DNA of 64,000 nucleotides, taken from positions 52,249 to 116,248 of the forward strand of contig SKJJ01000134.1 of NCBI GenBank assembly GCA_007115975.1, in the 5' to 3' direction. Of the stretch, positions 50,981 through 60,433 are shown piece after piece; position 1 is the stretch's first letter, and each line of letters opens with the position of its first letter. The position numbers and the translations under genes were made by a program. The notes beneath the pieces were generated by a model. It was not told where the DNA came from. It worked only from the letters and a program-made list of their open reading frames with translations, and did no database searches. This DNA comes from Chitinispirillum sp. Lineage in GTDB: Bacteria > Fibrobacterota > Chitinivibrionia > Chitinivibrionales > Chitinispirillaceae.

Positions 50981-51367
50981 ATGGTACAACTCTCTCGCGG
51001 TGAGGCCGAAGCGCAGATTACGCAGGCCATGGTTAAATTCGAACGTGAATACAAAGGGCGTGGTCCTGAAGAAGCCAAGGCCTTTATAATAGAAGAACAC
51101 GTGTTTGTGCGCCTTCGCGGCGTGTTGACCCCCGCAGAGAGACAACTGGCTAAATCTGAAGACCCATCAACCGGACGAAAACTCATTAAACAGGTTCGTC
51201 AGGAGTTGATCGAGAACGCCCGATTCCTACTTGAGACCATTATAAAAGATGTACTGAAGATAAAAGTGGTCTCTTTACACACCGACATCAGTTCGGTAAC
51301 CGGTGAGAGGATTATAGTCTTCACCCTTGAGAGTGCTCCACGGTTCAAAAGTGAGATTCTTCAGTAA
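50981..51367 (+). CDS. DUF2294 / MpsC-like small protein (paralog 1)
   Basis: ...AMVKFEREYKGRGPEEAKAFIIEEHVFVRLRGVLTPAERQLAKSE...IVFTLE pattern, recalled as DUF2294 (YbcI/MpsC-like). RBS AAAGGAG upstream. Confidence 0.65.
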   Translation: MVQLSRGEAEAQITQAMVKFEREYKGRGPEEAKAFIIEEHVFVRLRGVLTPAERQLAKSEDPSTGRKLIKQVRQELIENARFLLETIIKDVLKIKVVSLHTDISSVTGERIIVFTLESAPRFKSEILQ

Positions 51368-51393
51368 CTTTTTCTGTTTTCTGCACAATTGCA

Positions 51394-51422
51394 TTGACTT
51401 TGAGGTAAAAAAAACCTATATT
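51394..51422 (+). promoter_or_regulatory. Sigma-70-type promoter TTGACT-17-TATATT between the two DUF2294 genes
   Basis: TTGACT at 51394-51399, a 17 nt spacer, and TATATT at 51417-51422. Confidence 0.5.
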
Positions 51423-51452
51423 AGTAGTCGAAATTTTGGCAGGTTAGAAGAG

Positions 51453-51478
51453 AAAGCGCACCGGTTGCGCTTTGTTTT
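51453..51478 (+). terminator. Leader hairpin 1 (AAAGCGCA-ccggt-TGCGCTTT + GTTTT)
   Basis: An 8 bp stem, a 5 nt loop and a U-rich tail about 30 nt downstream of the -10 element. Confidence 0.45.
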
Positions 51479-51483
51479 AAGAC

Positions 51484-51531
51484 GGGCCGTTAGTGAGGAA
51501 CTCTGCTTCCACACTGACGGCCTTTTTTTTT
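51484..51531 (+). terminator. Leader hairpin 2 followed by T9 (terminator/attenuator-like)
   Basis: GGCCGT (51485-51490) pairs with ACGGCC (51517-51522) around a 26 nt loop, followed by TTTTTTTTT at 51523-51531. The SD and ATG of the second DUF2294 gene lie 40 nt downstream. Confidence 0.45.
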
Positions 51532-51574
51532 GGGCTGTTCGGATCTGAAATAATCCGATAAGGGAAATTGTACG

Positions 51575-51928
51575 ATGGAAGAACAAAAAACCAGAAAAGA
51601 AGAAACCAGCAGAATAGCCGATGTAGTTAACAGCTACTGTCATGATCAGATGGGCATGTCGCCAAAAAAAATTTCTGTCGACATTCACGATCAATTGATA
51701 ACGGTAACACTCGAAGGGGTCTCACACCCTGCGGAACTGAATCTTGCAAAGGAGCAGTTATCCCGTTCAATGCTGCAGAAAATCTATTCTGAACTTTTCG
51801 ACGTCTCGAAATCCATACTGCATTCCAGTGTACACCGTATCATGGATAAGACAGTGATCCACTCCTTTTTCACTGTCGATCCCAAATATGGCAATGCGGT
51901 AATTGTATTGTTTCTTGAAAAAATATGA
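51575..51928 (+). CDS. DUF2294 / MpsC-like small protein (paralog 2)
   Basis: Same pattern as paralog 1 (...DIHDQLITVTLEGVSHPAELNLAKEQ...), after an extra ~20 aa basic N-terminus. Confidence 0.65.
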   Translation: MEEQKTRKEETSRIADVVNSYCHDQMGMSPKKISVDIHDQLITVTLEGVSHPAELNLAKEQLSRSMLQKIYSELFDVSKSILHSSVHRIMDKTVIHSFFTVDPKYGNAVIVLFLEKI

Positions 51929-51983
51929 ATTGACATTAAACAACCTTTTTATAAACCAAAACTCATTTGCGAAAGGATATTTT

Positions 51984-53873
51984 ATGATCAGTTGTGAGAG
52001 TGACGTATTAGAGAGAATGATTGTACCCGGTCATGTCAGAGATGTTCTGCGTTGTGCCAAATCATTTCAGTACGTTGGAGATCGTTCAAGGCTGCTCGAT
52101 CTGGCACTTGGTAACCCTCAGAACAAAACCTTTGATGTCGGCTACGACGTGAATGGCAAATACGTCAATGAAGTTAAAATTAACAGATGTAAAAATGGTT
52201 TTGCTGTTAACTACCTTGAGGAGTATATGCGTCGCAGAGATCCTGAATGCATGCTGATTGGTGATGATAAACCAAGCGACAAGGTCAGGTTTGAAGAGAT
52301 ACAGGGTACAAAATTCAGCTCTTTGCGTGACGAAACCTTTGAATGGCTTAAAGAACAAGACCTCATCGTTACAGCATTTACCATCGGGGCTTTCGCTGAT
52401 AATGAAGGGTATGGCGGCCTGCTTGTCGCTCCTGCCAATGCAGGATTCTTTATTGCCGGACTTGCTGATCTTCAGGGAATAGTGGACATTACAAAGCTTG
52501 ATCATGATTTCAAGGTACACACCACTCTTTTTCTTGCCCCTCCTTTCCGTCACACCCATTTTGAGGGTAAGCAGGTAGTGGTACATAATCGTCTGGATGA
52601 TCTCTATGAGATCTTTTCCTACAATCTCTATCCGGGCCCCAGTGCAAAAAAGGGTGTTTATGGTGTACTGCTTTCAATAGGAGAGCAAGAAAAATGGACT
52701 ACCCTCCATGCTGCCACTGTTCAGGTTGTCACTCCCTACGACAATGTAACAACTATTATGCATGAGGGAGCAAGCGGCAGTGGTAAAAGCGAGATGCTGG
52801 AGCATGTTCACCGCGAGGAGGACGGACGCCTGCTTTTAGGGAAAAACTGTGTCAATGGTGAGCACGAATACCTGACACTCCCCTTTGGGTGCGCTCTGCA
52901 TCCGGTTACCGATGATATGGCTATGTGTCACACCTCTGCTCAGAACGGAAACAAACAAGTTGTAGCCCGCGATGCCGAACAGGCATGGTTTGTACGCCTG
53001 AACCATATCCTTCGTTATGGTACTGATCCTCACCTTGAGAAGATCACCATCCACCCCAAAGAACCTCTCATCTTTCTCAATGTGCAGGGGGAACCAGACT
53101 CAACGATCCTGATCTGGGAACATATTATGGATAAACCCGGGGTGCCCTGTCCCAATCCCCGCGTCATCTTGCCGCGGCGATTAGTCCCCGATTCGGTGAA
53201 CGGGATGGTTGAAGTACAACTTCGAAATTTCGGAATCCGAACCCCTCCCTGTACAAGGGAAAACCCCACCTATGGTATCGTTGGATATCTGCACCTTCTG
53301 CCACCCGCACTGGCCTGGTTATGGCGTCTTGTTGCACCGCGGGGTCATGCAAATCCCAGCATCACCGAAAGTGAAGCACTCACCAGTGAAGGTGTAGGCT
53401 CCTACTGGCCATTCGCATCAGGGAAATTTGTGGATCATGCAAATCTGTTGTTGCGACAAATTTTAGAAACACCCCAGACACGCTACTCGCTGACACCCAA
53501 TCAGCATGTGGGAGCCTGGGAAGTGAGTTTCATGCCCCAGTGGGTATCCAGGGAGTACCTGTCACGACGCGGCATGGCAAAGTTTAAGCCTGATCAGATG
53601 ATACTATCACGGTGCCCTCTGCTTGGCTACACACTCAAATCCATGCAGGTTGAGAGCAGCCTGATTCCTCATGAACTGTTGCGTGTGGATGAGCAGCCCG
53701 AGGTTGGAACTGACGGTTACGACAAAGGAGCCGCAATCCTCCACGGGTTTTTCAAAAAGGAACTGATCAAGTTTCTGGATGACAGTGAACTGGACAGCAT
53801 TGGAAGAAAAGTCATTGAGTGTTGTATTGATAATGGCTCTGTAGACGATTATGAGAACCTAATGGGAGCATGA
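51984..53873 (+). CDS. Large uncharacterised protein with central HprK/PEPCK-type P-loop kinase-like domain
   Basis: ATG at 51984 after AAAGGA. Central GVLLSIG...HEGASGSGKSEMLEHV...HPVTDDMAM resembles the HprK C-domain Walker A region (G.SG.GKSE ... ADD). The ~270 aa N-terminal and ~290 aa C-terminal flanks are unassigned. Confidence 0.55.
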   Translation: MISCESDVLERMIVPGHVRDVLRCAKSFQYVGDRSRLLDLALGNPQNKTFDVGYDVNGKYVNEVKINRCKNGFAVNYLEEYMRRRDPECMLIGDDKPSDKVRFEEIQGTKFSSLRDETFEWLKEQDLIVTAFTIGAFADNEGYGGLLVAPANAGFFIAGLADLQGIVDITKLDHDFKVHTTLFLAPPFRHTHFEGKQVVVHNRLDDLYEIFSYNLYPGPSAKKGVYGVLLSIGEQEKWTTLHAATVQVVTPYDNVTTIMHEGASGSGKSEMLEHVHREEDGRLLLGKNCVNGEHEYLTLPFGCALHPVTDDMAMCHTSAQNGNKQVVARDAEQAWFVRLNHILRYGTDPHLEKITIHPKEPLIFLNVQGEPDSTILIWEHIMDKPGVPCPNPRVILPRRLVPDSVNGMVEVQLRNFGIRTPPCTRENPTYGIVGYLHLLPPALAWLWRLVAPRGHANPSITESEALTSEGVGSYWPFASGKFVDHANLLLRQILETPQTRYSLTPNQHVGAWEVSFMPQWVSREYLSRRGMAKFKPDQMILSRCPLLGYTLKSMQVESSLIPHELLRVDEQPEVGTDGYDKGAAILHGFFKKELIKFLDDSELDSIGRKVIECCIDNGSVDDYENLMGA

Positions 53874-53890
53874 TTGCTCTAAAAACAAAA

Positions 53891-53930
53891 GAGCAGTGCC
53901 CGCATTTGAATATGCGGGCTTGCTCTTAGT
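53891..53930 (+). terminator. Terminator hairpin after the large P-loop protein gene
   Basis: GCCCGCAT-ttgaat-ATGCGGGC (8 bp stem), an outer GAGCAG/TTGCTC extension, and a U-rich tail. Confidence 0.5.
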
Positions 53931-54118
53931 CTATTTACAACCCGATTCGCTGTTTATAGCAGAATTCAGGCACATCAGCGGGATAAAAGCCCCGCCCGAT
54001 GTTTTTTTAACGTATCCCCCATGTTTTTCAACCACTTACTCTCCCATAGCCAATCCACACGCTGTTCCACCGGGAACATTTTCCCGATTCTAATCTTGCC
54101 TGCCCCGACAAAAAATCT

Positions 54119-54167
54119 CATAACATGCCATATTCCAGCATGTTATGACTTTGGCACAGACTGTGCT
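54119..54167 (+). promoter_or_regulatory. Perfect 10 bp inverted repeat (CATAACATGC-N9-GCATGTTATG) immediately followed by a sigma-54-like -24/-12 element (TGGCAC-N5-GTGCT)
   Basis: Inverted repeat at 54119-54128 and 54138-54147. TGGCAC at 54152-54157, then GC at 54165-54166 at consensus spacing. It lies about 60 nt upstream of the lipoprotein ATG at 54226. Confidence 0.35.
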
Positions 54168-54225
54168 TATTATCCCTTACAGAAAACCAACTGTTCCAAC
54201 CCACCTTCAAAAAAGGAGTTCATCA

Positions 54226-54713
54226 TGAAAGCTGTGATGCTCATGATCATAACCGCCGGATTTACCCTCTCTGCGATGGCTTGCAGCAGAGGCGGTGTAA
54301 CTGTCCACCCTGCAACATGTTACCACCATGATTCATGGTACGAAGTATGCTCCCACAGCGGGCCCGTACAACACCGCATAGAGTATCAGTGGCATACCGT
54401 ATCGGGCAGGCGGGTACTCAGGTACCGCAGAGTAACCTACCATTCGGTTTCACGAAAATGGTCCTACAATCCCTGGCAGGTGCAGGTTAATGTGAACCAC
54501 TCAAGTGTGAACAGAAGCTGTTGCAGCAACACCAGAGCGGTGGCACCGGGGGGTTGCAATGCACCCAGGCCCAAAACGTACGGTCGTAGTACCGTTACAA
54601 GGGTGTACAACTATTCACCCCACCCCAGACAGACTGCATCAGTCTGCAGAGCACCTCAAACATCGGGCTCTTCACGGATTCAGCAGGTCTCAGGAAGAGT
54701 GCGGGTGCGGTGA
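54226..54713 (+). CDS. Hypothetical lipoprotein, Cys/Trp/Arg/Tyr-rich (162 aa)
   Basis: ATG at 54226 after AAGGAG; the ORF-track start at 54021 has no RBS. Signal peptide with lipobox LSAMACS. No recognisable domain. Confidence 0.5.
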
Positions 54714-54837
54714 TATGGTACATTGAATGATGGGTGCACACCGCTGCACCCACCATCAAAACAAAGTCACTTGACTGGGAAATCATAACACTGTAGTTTT
54801 AAAAGTACGAACACTTGAAGATTACATCTATAAGGAG

Positions 54838-55092
54838 ATGAATATGGGCGCGAATATTGTGAACAAAACGATACTGGCAGTTATGCTGATGCTTTCGTCT
54901 ATAATTGCAGGTGATGTTTACGCCGACACCACCGATATTGAAGCACCATCACCCATTGCGGATGTTAACCCAATTACACCGGCATCGGTAACAACTGATA
55001 CTTCCCGGCACAGTACTGTTAGCAGTCAAAAACAGAATACCGATACCACGTCAAAGAAGAGTGAAGATAGCACCGCCGCAAAGAATAAATAG
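54838..55092 (+). CDS. Small secreted Thr/Ser-rich protein (84 aa)
   Basis: Signal peptide ILAVMLMLSSIIAGDVYA, then a low-complexity T/S/D-rich tail. RBS AAGGAG upstream. Confidence 0.35.
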   Translation: MNMGANIVNKTILAVMLMLSSIIAGDVYADTTDIEAPSPIADVNPITPASVTTDTSRHSTVSSQKQNTDTTSKKSEDSTAAKNK

Positions 55093-55104
55093 GCAAAGGG
55101 TCCT

Positions 55105-56790
55105 TTATTTCATCTGCAGCTGCCTGAGTCGGTCTCTTGCGATTCGTGCCCACCAGCTCTGAGGGTTTTTTTCACAATACTTTTTAAATGCTTCTGTAGC
55201 ACAGGAATTGTTCATTATTTTTGATGCGATCTGCCCACAGTTGTAAAGTGCCATGAGATTATCTGGATCTTTTTTGACAAGGGCAGAGATAAACTCAAAC
55301 GATTTATCAATCTCCCCCTGCTGATAGTAGATAATGCTTCCGACCCACAGGTCCTGCGGGCTGCAACTATCAACACTCGCGCTCTTTTGCTCCATATCCT
55401 TTAGAATCTTTTTATACTCTTCGACAGAAACCGCATACTGCTGCAGTTCCGGTGGGGTATAGATATCATTTTTAGGCGGAGCGATCTGGTGCTCAAACCA
55501 GTTCTTGACATCTTTTGACAATATTCTATACCCCTTATATTCTGAGGTCATCCATGCGATGTAATCTTTTATCAGCCGGTTGCGGAGCTGAAAAACAGAG
55601 CGTATCCCCTTGAGTTCTGGTATCTGATTATAGGAGTTGAGCAGCTTCTTCTCCTCATCCACATCAAGACGATACTCAATTACTCCACAGGCAATTGAAG
55701 CCATGTGGTTTCCCGAAGGAGCTTTTATGGGTACTATCAGGCGGTTGTTTTTCCAGTCATACAGTGCATTGCCAACTCCGGGAACAAGTAACAGTAAGGG
55801 TTTACCAAAGGTGTTGACCCGATCGTTACGGAAGATGTGGGGGTCGAATTCAAAAATCCTATCCATAAAATCAAGCAGTGTCTTATAGGTAATGAATTTA
55901 TCTCCCTCTTTAAGCAGTGTATCGCTTTCAAGGTGAAGTCGTTTTGCTGATAATTTGGTCATATCACGCACATACTCAATTTCTCTTTTTATCCTGTTTT
56001 CCAACTCTAACGGAGAAGCATCCAGTACTTTTTTCTCCAGCTCTGAGATCTCCTGATTCATCTTCACCAGGTTGTTTTCAAGATCAACGATTTTGGAGTA
56101 GATGTTGTGAATGTCGGAGTTGATCTTCTTAAGCTCGCAGACGACCTCCTTGTCCCGCACACGCTCAAATAACCCGTTTGCTTTAGCATACTCTTTTTCA
56201 AGTTGACCTTCACGTCCGCAGTGTTCCCGTTTCTGATCAACGGTAAAGAACACCCCCCTGGAAATTGCTTTTTTGGAACGGATGCTTTCACCGGTCATTT
56301 GATCAGTTGTACAGAGAGCACCGATCTCTCTGTTTTTCGATGGTTCATCCATTTCAAGATGTTTCAAGAGATGTTCCCTGCGACAACTCTGGGCTGCTGT
56401 AACTTCATTATGAAGTTTTTTTATTTGAATTTCGGCCAGCTTAATGTCGCGGGTAACCTGCTCTAATTTATCCCCCTGGTTCATCTTAACGACCAGCTCT
56501 TTAAGCCATTGTGATATGGTCTGTATGCAGATTTTACTGCCGCAGAGACCTTCGCCGGTGATTACAGCTCTTGTTTTATCGACATCAATAAGCCCCGCAC
56601 ACAACCCAAAATCGATTATATCAGACTCATTGGCAGTAAAGTCTTCAAGACTTTGTTTCTGTCTGACAAGTTGGCCGGCAGTATCGCCAAGATACGACCA
56701 GTACCCCGCACTCAGTTCCGATAAGGCACTCTTATCCTGATCATCTTGGCAAAAACGCTGTATCTGTTCCTTGAACTTTTCTTTAAACAT
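55105..56790 (-). CDS. Hypothetical coiled-coil protein with C-terminal TPR-like helices
   Basis: Long heptad-like stretches in the 100-300 aa region. The C-terminal ...LMALYNCGQIASKIMNNSCATEAFKKYCEKNPQSWWARIARDRL looks TPR-like. Confidence 0.55.
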   Translation of the reverse strand: MFKEKFKEQIQRFCQDDQDKSALSELSAGYWSYLGDTAGQLVRQKQSLEDFTANESDIIDFGLCAGLIDVDKTRAVITGEGLCGSKICIQTISQWLKELVVKMNQGDKLEQVTRDIKLAEIQIKKLHNEVTAAQSCRREHLLKHLEMDEPSKNREIGALCTTDQMTGESIRSKKAISRGVFFTVDQKREHCGREGQLEKEYAKANGLFERVRDKEVVCELKKINSDIHNIYSKIVDLENNLVKMNQEISELEKKVLDASPLELENRIKREIEYVRDMTKLSAKRLHLESDTLLKEGDKFITYKTLLDFMDRIFEFDPHIFRNDRVNTFGKPLLLLVPGVGNALYDWKNNRLIVPIKAPSGNHMASIACGVIEYRLDVDEEKKLLNSYNQIPELKGIRSVFQLRNRLIKDYIAWMTSEYKGYRILSKDVKNWFEHQIAPPKNDIYTPPELQQYAVSVEEYKKILKDMEQKSASVDSCSPQDLWVGSIIYYQQGEIDKSFEFISALVKKDPDNLMALYNCGQIASKIMNNSCATEAFKKYCEKNPQSWWARIARDRLRQLQMK

Positions 56791-56841
56791 TTTGCATCTC
56801 TGAAATTTCCACAGTTAAAAAAACAGTTAAACTTCTCTAAA

Positions 56842-57558
56842 TCAGTCTCTGACAAGCTTTATGCGATAGTGGCCCCCGCTCGATCTCGCCTTTGACTGTA
56901 CCGATAAAAAAAATGGTGGTTCAAGTTCAGAGGGAACCCCATAAAGACCAGATTGTCCTTGCAATTGTGATGGCGGTAGTGCAACACCACCACCATCTAC
57001 TACAAGTAAACTGCAGTTGACGTCATACTGGAAAAAGTAAAATGATTGAACAGTTGAGTCAACAAATATAAACCAGTCTGTATCATCAATAGTGGAGAGT
57101 GTTCCGGTGATATTATCAATAACGGTGTCAGCTGTCGATGGTGAATCATTAGGCTCCTGCTCTGAAGGGTAGGTGTAGAAAACAACCGAATCCTTGCCGG
57201 ATCTGTAGAGGTTGCCATCGTCTGTTTTAATCGACTCGCAAAGTCGCAGCGTGTACCGTGTACCACCTTCGAGCCTGACACCCATATTTATTCGTGCAGT
57301 ATCACCAGTTTTGCTCAACACCACACTGTAGCTGAAATTGGGCGGATCAAAAGCCAGACATACATTAGCAGACAACTTTATAGGTTGAGAAAACACAATG
57401 GCTACCGGGGCAAAGCTAGAGACCGTATCACTGCTTCCGACGAGTTCTATTACAGGATCTTCACCCTCAGGGCCCTGCGGCAGGATACAACACAGCAGCA
57501 ACACAAAGACCGTACCTACCATTAAACCTGCTCTTTTAAACATCTCTTCCCCTGACAT
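56842..57558 (-). CDS. Hypothetical secreted protein
   Basis: Signal peptide (AGLMVGTVFVLLLCCILP), then a beta-rich domain with no known motif. Confidence 0.5.
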   Translation of the reverse strand: MSGEEMFKRAGLMVGTVFVLLLCCILPQGPEGEDPVIELVGSSDTVSSFAPVAIVFSQPIKLSANVCLAFDPPNFSYSVVLSKTGDTARINMGVRLEGGTRYTLRLCESIKTDDGNLYRSGKDSVVFYTYPSEQEPNDSPSTADTVIDNITGTLSTIDDTDWFIFVDSTVQSFYFFQYDVNCSLLVVDGGGVALPPSQLQGQSGLYGVPSELEPPFFLSVQSKARSSGGHYRIKLVRD

Positions 57559-57761
57559 CTTCCGTTTTGGCGTACTCTACTATTATAAGATAAAGGTGCC
57601 AACTGTTCAAGTTTGTTGGTTGTTCATTGAAAAGAGAGGCAACCCTCCACCCTGCAGCTCAAAGAGGCAGTGTCACCATGAACCCTGAATCCCAATTTAT
57701 ATTATACATTATCCTTAAATCTGTTACCAGGCAACCAACTATCCGGGGTGATAATCCTAAC

Positions 57762-59747
57762 ATGAGCACTGATATAGAACAGAGAATTGAAGAACTGCGC
57801 AGGCTGATTCGCCACTATGATGCAGCGTATTATGGAGCAAATGAATCGTTAATCAGCGATTTGGAGTATGACAAGCTCTACGACGAACTGCTTACACTCG
57901 AAAAAGAGCACCCCCAGTTTGATTCTCCCGACTCCCCCACCCACCGAGTGGGCAGTGATCTCACCAAAGAGTTTCCAAAAGTAATCCATCGCACTCCCAT
58001 GATGAGTATCGATAACACCTACTCACACCAGGAGCTCACCGATTGGATTATTCGCACGGAAAAATCCCTCTCCGGACAGAAAACATCATTTGTCGGAGAA
58101 CTCAAGGTGGATGGTGTTGCAATCTCGCTTGTGTACGAGAACGGCAGACTGCTAAGAGGAGTAACCAGAGGCGACGGAGTGACCGGGGATGAGGTTACTG
58201 CGAATGTGAAAACAATCAGATCCATCCCCCTTGTGATCGATTATGCCGGTTCTTTTGAAGTCAGAGGTGAAGTGTACATGACCTTTCAAACATTTGCCAC
58301 CCTTAATGAGTCGATAATTGAGAGCGGGCAGAAACCGATGCAAAATCCGCGTAACACCACTGCCGGGTCTCTGAAACTTCAGGACTCACGGGAAGTGGCA
58401 AAAAGAAGGCTCAGTTTTGCCGCACATTTTCTCCTCAGCGACCTTCACACAGAAAACCATCACGATAATTTACAGCTCCTTAAAAGGCTCGGTTTTCCTG
58501 TTGTCATTCACTCCGAGGTGCTCAATACCCCTGATGAAGTAACCGGGTTTTGTAATAATTGGGAAAAGCAGCGCCATGATCTTCCGTTTCCCGTAGATGG
58601 AGTTGTTTTAAAAGTAAACTCCTTCAACCAGCAGAACTTGCTTGGCTCTACCGCCAAAGCCCCCCGCTGGGTTATCGCTTATAAATACAAGCCCGAGCAG
58701 GCAATAACGCAGATTGAGAATATCGAGGCCAATGTTGGGCGCACGGGTGTGGTTACTCCTGTGGCCAAATTCAAACCGGTATTTCTGGCCGGTACAACCA
58801 TCCGCAATGCATCTCTTCACAATTACCAAGAAATTGAACGCCTTGATGTACGAATTGGCGATCACGTGGAGATTGAAAAGGGTGGTGAGATCATTCCAAA
58901 AGTTTTAAAGGTAATCAGAGAGAAACGCACCCCTGATCTCACCCCCTACACTCCGCCATCACACTGCCCTTCATGTGGTTCTGCGCTCCAGAAACTGGAA
59001 GGAGAGGTGGCTATCCGCTGTTTTAACACTTCCTGCCCGGCACAGTTGCAGGCATCTTTAGAGCACTTTGTGTCAAGAGTTGCAATGGATATAAGAGGTC
59101 TGGGACCATCACTGCTTAAAAAACTGGTGCAAAGCGGCCTTGTCAAAACAGTTGCTGATCTGTATGATCTTGACACAGAAAACCTTGAGGATATAGAACG
59201 GATGGGCAGCAAATCTGCCCAAAACATTGTACGGGCTATTGAAAAATCAAAAGCCAACGGACTTGAGAGGGTAATTCACGGTTTGGGAATCAGAATGATC
59301 GGATCAAAAGCTGCAAAGGATCTGGCCGTGGCGGTGGATCATATTTCACAACTCTATGCTATGCCGGCCCGGGAGATCGAGAAGATGGAAGGATTCGGTC
59401 CGCAGATGGCACAAAGTGTACGGATCTATTTTGACAGAGAACAAAACATTGCAATTCTTGAAAAACTACACTCCAGAGGTGTTAATCTTAAAGGATCTAA
59501 GGGTCTAGAGAAAAGCGAAGGCATATTTTCGGGAAAAACATTCGTTCTCACCGGGGCTCTTACCCGTTACACCCGTGAAGAGGCCAAAAGGATAATTGAA
59601 TCAAAGGGCGGAAAAGTCACCTCAAGTGTCAGTAAAAAAAGCAGCTTTGTGCTTGCCGGAGCGGACCCGGGATCAAAGTTTGACAAGGCGCAGAAGCTTG
59701 GAGTTGAGATTATTGGTGAAGATGAATTTGAGGAGATGGTGAAGTGA
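57762..59747 (+). CDS. ligA: NAD-dependent DNA ligase LigA
   Basis: Adenylation KxDG motif (ELKVDGVAIS). Zn finger CPSCGSALQKLEGEVAIRCFNTSC. HhH and C-terminal BRCT domains. Start set at the ATG at 57762, because the upstream part of the track ORF lacks ligase homology. Confidence 0.9.
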   Translation: MSTDIEQRIEELRRLIRHYDAAYYGANESLISDLEYDKLYDELLTLEKEHPQFDSPDSPTHRVGSDLTKEFPKVIHRTPMMSIDNTYSHQELTDWIIRTEKSLSGQKTSFVGELKVDGVAISLVYENGRLLRGVTRGDGVTGDEVTANVKTIRSIPLVIDYAGSFEVRGEVYMTFQTFATLNESIIESGQKPMQNPRNTTAGSLKLQDSREVAKRRLSFAAHFLLSDLHTENHHDNLQLLKRLGFPVVIHSEVLNTPDEVTGFCNNWEKQRHDLPFPVDGVVLKVNSFNQQNLLGSTAKAPRWVIAYKYKPEQAITQIENIEANVGRTGVVTPVAKFKPVFLAGTTIRNASLHNYQEIERLDVRIGDHVEIEKGGEIIPKVLKVIREKRTPDLTPYTPPSHCPSCGSALQKLEGEVAIRCFNTSCPAQLQASLEHFVSRVAMDIRGLGPSLLKKLVQSGLVKTVADLYDLDTENLEDIERMGSKSAQNIVRAIEKSKANGLERVIHGLGIRMIGSKAAKDLAVAVDHISQLYAMPAREIEKMEGFGPQMAQSVRIYFDREQNIAILEKLHSRGVNLKGSKGLEKSEGIFSGKTFVLTGALTRYTREEAKRIIESKGGKVTSSVSKKSSFVLAGADPGSKFDKAQKLGVEIIGEDEFEEMVK

Positions 59748-60282
59748 TTGCTTGATCCCTTACCCGAGACTTAACGCATGTCCTCCGTCATCAGCCCGCC
59801 TCCCGTAGCCGTCTCAGAGGGCTATGGAGGAGGGCTGAGCTCCTAGCCGAAGGGACTTCTGTAATGGGTCAACCCCTACCGTCTTACGTGGCACTTTGAA
59901 GACCTATGTGGGGGCCCCCAGGCACCTGTGTCGGATTTTTTATTGAGACATTAGTGAAACATATACTGTACTATTTCTATTCAGAATTATACAAGGGAGC
60001 ATCGGCAGTGCCGGCACTCGGGGACCAGGGAAAGGAGCCTTATCATTCCGGCACTCAATTTCGGGAAAAAACCAAATGTGGTGTTTACAAAAGCCGTCCG
60101 GATAAAATGCGCCAGGGGGGACTGCAGGTGGACAATTCCGATTGTCCAGTGCCCTCAAAAAGCGTAGTCTTCGCAGCGCTATTAACGAGGTACCAAGCGC
60201 AGCGAGCCGGAAGGAGAACCGGTGCCGTCCGCGGCAGGCGCCCAGTATTTACTTATATTTAATGTTTATTCATGATTAAGTT

Positions 60283-60312
60283 CTTGAAGTCCCTTACCGG
60301 GGAATTTAGGGG
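60283..60312 (+). repeat. Intergenic repeat family 1, copy C (TCTTGAAGTCCCTTACCGGGGAATTTAGGGG)
   Basis: Lies about 120 bp upstream of the SPFH gene. Matches copies A and B. Confidence 0.6.
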
Positions 60313-60433
60313 ACCTTCCTATTATTTGTATAACCAACTGTACTAATGTATTTTTATAGACTATCATAAAAACAAACCACCTTTTCTATCCCTATACTTA
60401 CACCACCACTAACCGGAATACATTTATACCAGT

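Noticed and set aside
59906-60262. 118 aa ORF in the ligA-downstream spacer
   Set aside because: It has no RBS and an Arg/Gly/Ala-rich low-complexity product. It overlaps several perfect palindromes, so it is more likely a GC-rich structured non-coding region.
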